From the NCBI GenBank assembly GCA_964247055.1, contig OZ176055.1:7688001-7752000 (forward strand): a stretch of DNA of 64,000 nt, written 5' to 3'. Below the pieces are notes generated by a model. It worked only from the letters and a program-made list of their open reading frames with translations, had not been told where the DNA came from and did no database searches. This document shows positions 63,041-64,000 of this stretch, one piece after another. The DNA comes from Paragordius varius. Its lineage: Eukaryota; Animalia; Nematomorpha. The position numbers and the translations under genes are program-made. Each line of letters begins with the position of its first letter. Within the stretch, counting starts at the first letter, position 1.

Positions 63041-64000
63041 ATTTTATTTGTTAATAATATATTCATACGTTTGCCAAATTAATTCTTAAATATTACAATA
63101 ATTTTTTTGTATACAAATTTTTGGTTGTACCCCCCAATGACCCCCCCTTCTCAGATTTGTCCCGCTTTTTCCTTCAAAAAATCTGGTCACCTTACTTTTA
63201 TACAATAATTTTAACTGAAGGGTTAGCAGTTAGTGTATTTTCATTTTTTACCAAAGATTCCCGACGCCTTTTCCCCACACTTCTTTTACTTTTTTAAAGA
63301 ATATGATATGGTAATACCATATAGCTCTTGTTTTTATATTCTTTACCAAATATTAATACCCATTTAACGAAAAAAAGTAAATTTTTGATAAAATTAAGTC
63401 TTCATGACTGTATCATTTTAACCTTAACCTTGAATAAGCCATTTAAAAGTTGATAGAAAATAACATTTTTGCCTATAAAGAGCAGGTGGCTTAGAAGTGT
63501 TTAGAAACATCGGCTGCAGTTTTAAAAGAAACCATTTCGTATGGCTTTTCGCTTTTATTACCAAGCCTTTTATAAACCTCTAGAATTAATATATAGTGTA
63601 TTTTTAAACATTATTAGCAATCTAGTGTGCCAAAAATAATTTATTACAAATTGACCTTAATCTATGTCGTATTCATCCAAATTTAAAACAAAATTTTTAT
63701 TTATAATATGAAAGTATAATTAGAATATTCTAATATGATATTATTCCTTTTTTACTTGCAAACATATTCAGTAAAAGGTTGATTTTTATTATAACTAATG
63801 ACTTTTATTTTTTCTAATTTTGACATTTTATGGAATTTTTATAACAAAAAATCGCCCATTTTCAGAGTTATTACTTTTTTATATCTTGGTATTTTAATAA
63901 TACACGGAAATATAAGATAAATTAAGTTATAGGTTTCCTTGTAAGGTTAAGGCAGAGTCCAAATAGTGTTCAAGATAAAATTTTGATCTATAAGTATGTA

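Larger units (their letters stand above)
58640..63194 (+). mobile_element. hAT DNA transposon (Blackjack-like TIR), 4555 bp, with perfect 8-bp TSD
   Basis: TIR TAAGGTGACCAGA / TCTGGTCACCTTA; TSD CTTTTATA at 58632-58639 and 63195-63202; subterminal GTCCCGC repeats; internal ~60-bp direct repeat at ~58972 and ~59116. Confidence 0.93.
57811..63410. repeat. ~170-bp inverted repeat pair (57811-57978 / 63238-63410) bracketing the hAT element
   Basis: ttatcaaaaatttactttttttcgttaaatgggtattaatatttggtaaagaatataaaaacaagagctatatggtattaccatatcatattctttaaaaa is the near-exact reverse complement of 63290-63392. Confidence 0.85.

Overview
Very AT-rich (roughly 25% GC by eye) eukaryotic, almost certainly metazoan, genomic DNA; no rRNA, tRNA or CRISPR array is recognisable. 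Four spliced genes were reconstructed by hand: (1) a large, divergent PACS (phosphofurin acidic cluster sorting protein) on the minus strand, 66-13978, running off the left edge and lacking an identified first exon; (2) TOMM20 on the plus strand, 20535-21485; (3) a three-Ig-domain single-pass adhesion protein with a C-terminal class I PDZ motif on the minus strand, 22352-27277; (4) an uncharacterised single-pass protein with Cys-rich EB/EGF-like modules on the minus strand, about 37341-53967. The rest is mostly transposon debris: Gypsy, RTE-clade LINEs, mariner, two non-autonomous Helitrons carrying ~310-bp repeat arrays, several MITE families, and a TSD-flanked hAT element containing an inverted copy of its own transposase and a nested Penelope element. 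The main finding is a class of ultra-short GT-AG introns (23, 23, 26, 26, 28 nt; one possible 38 nt). They are needed to restore the reading frame, are all non-multiples of 3, include one at what appears to be the conserved TOM20 intron-1 position, and coexist with 66-993 nt introns and possibly a ~13-kb intron. All gene models are manual and untested against RNA.
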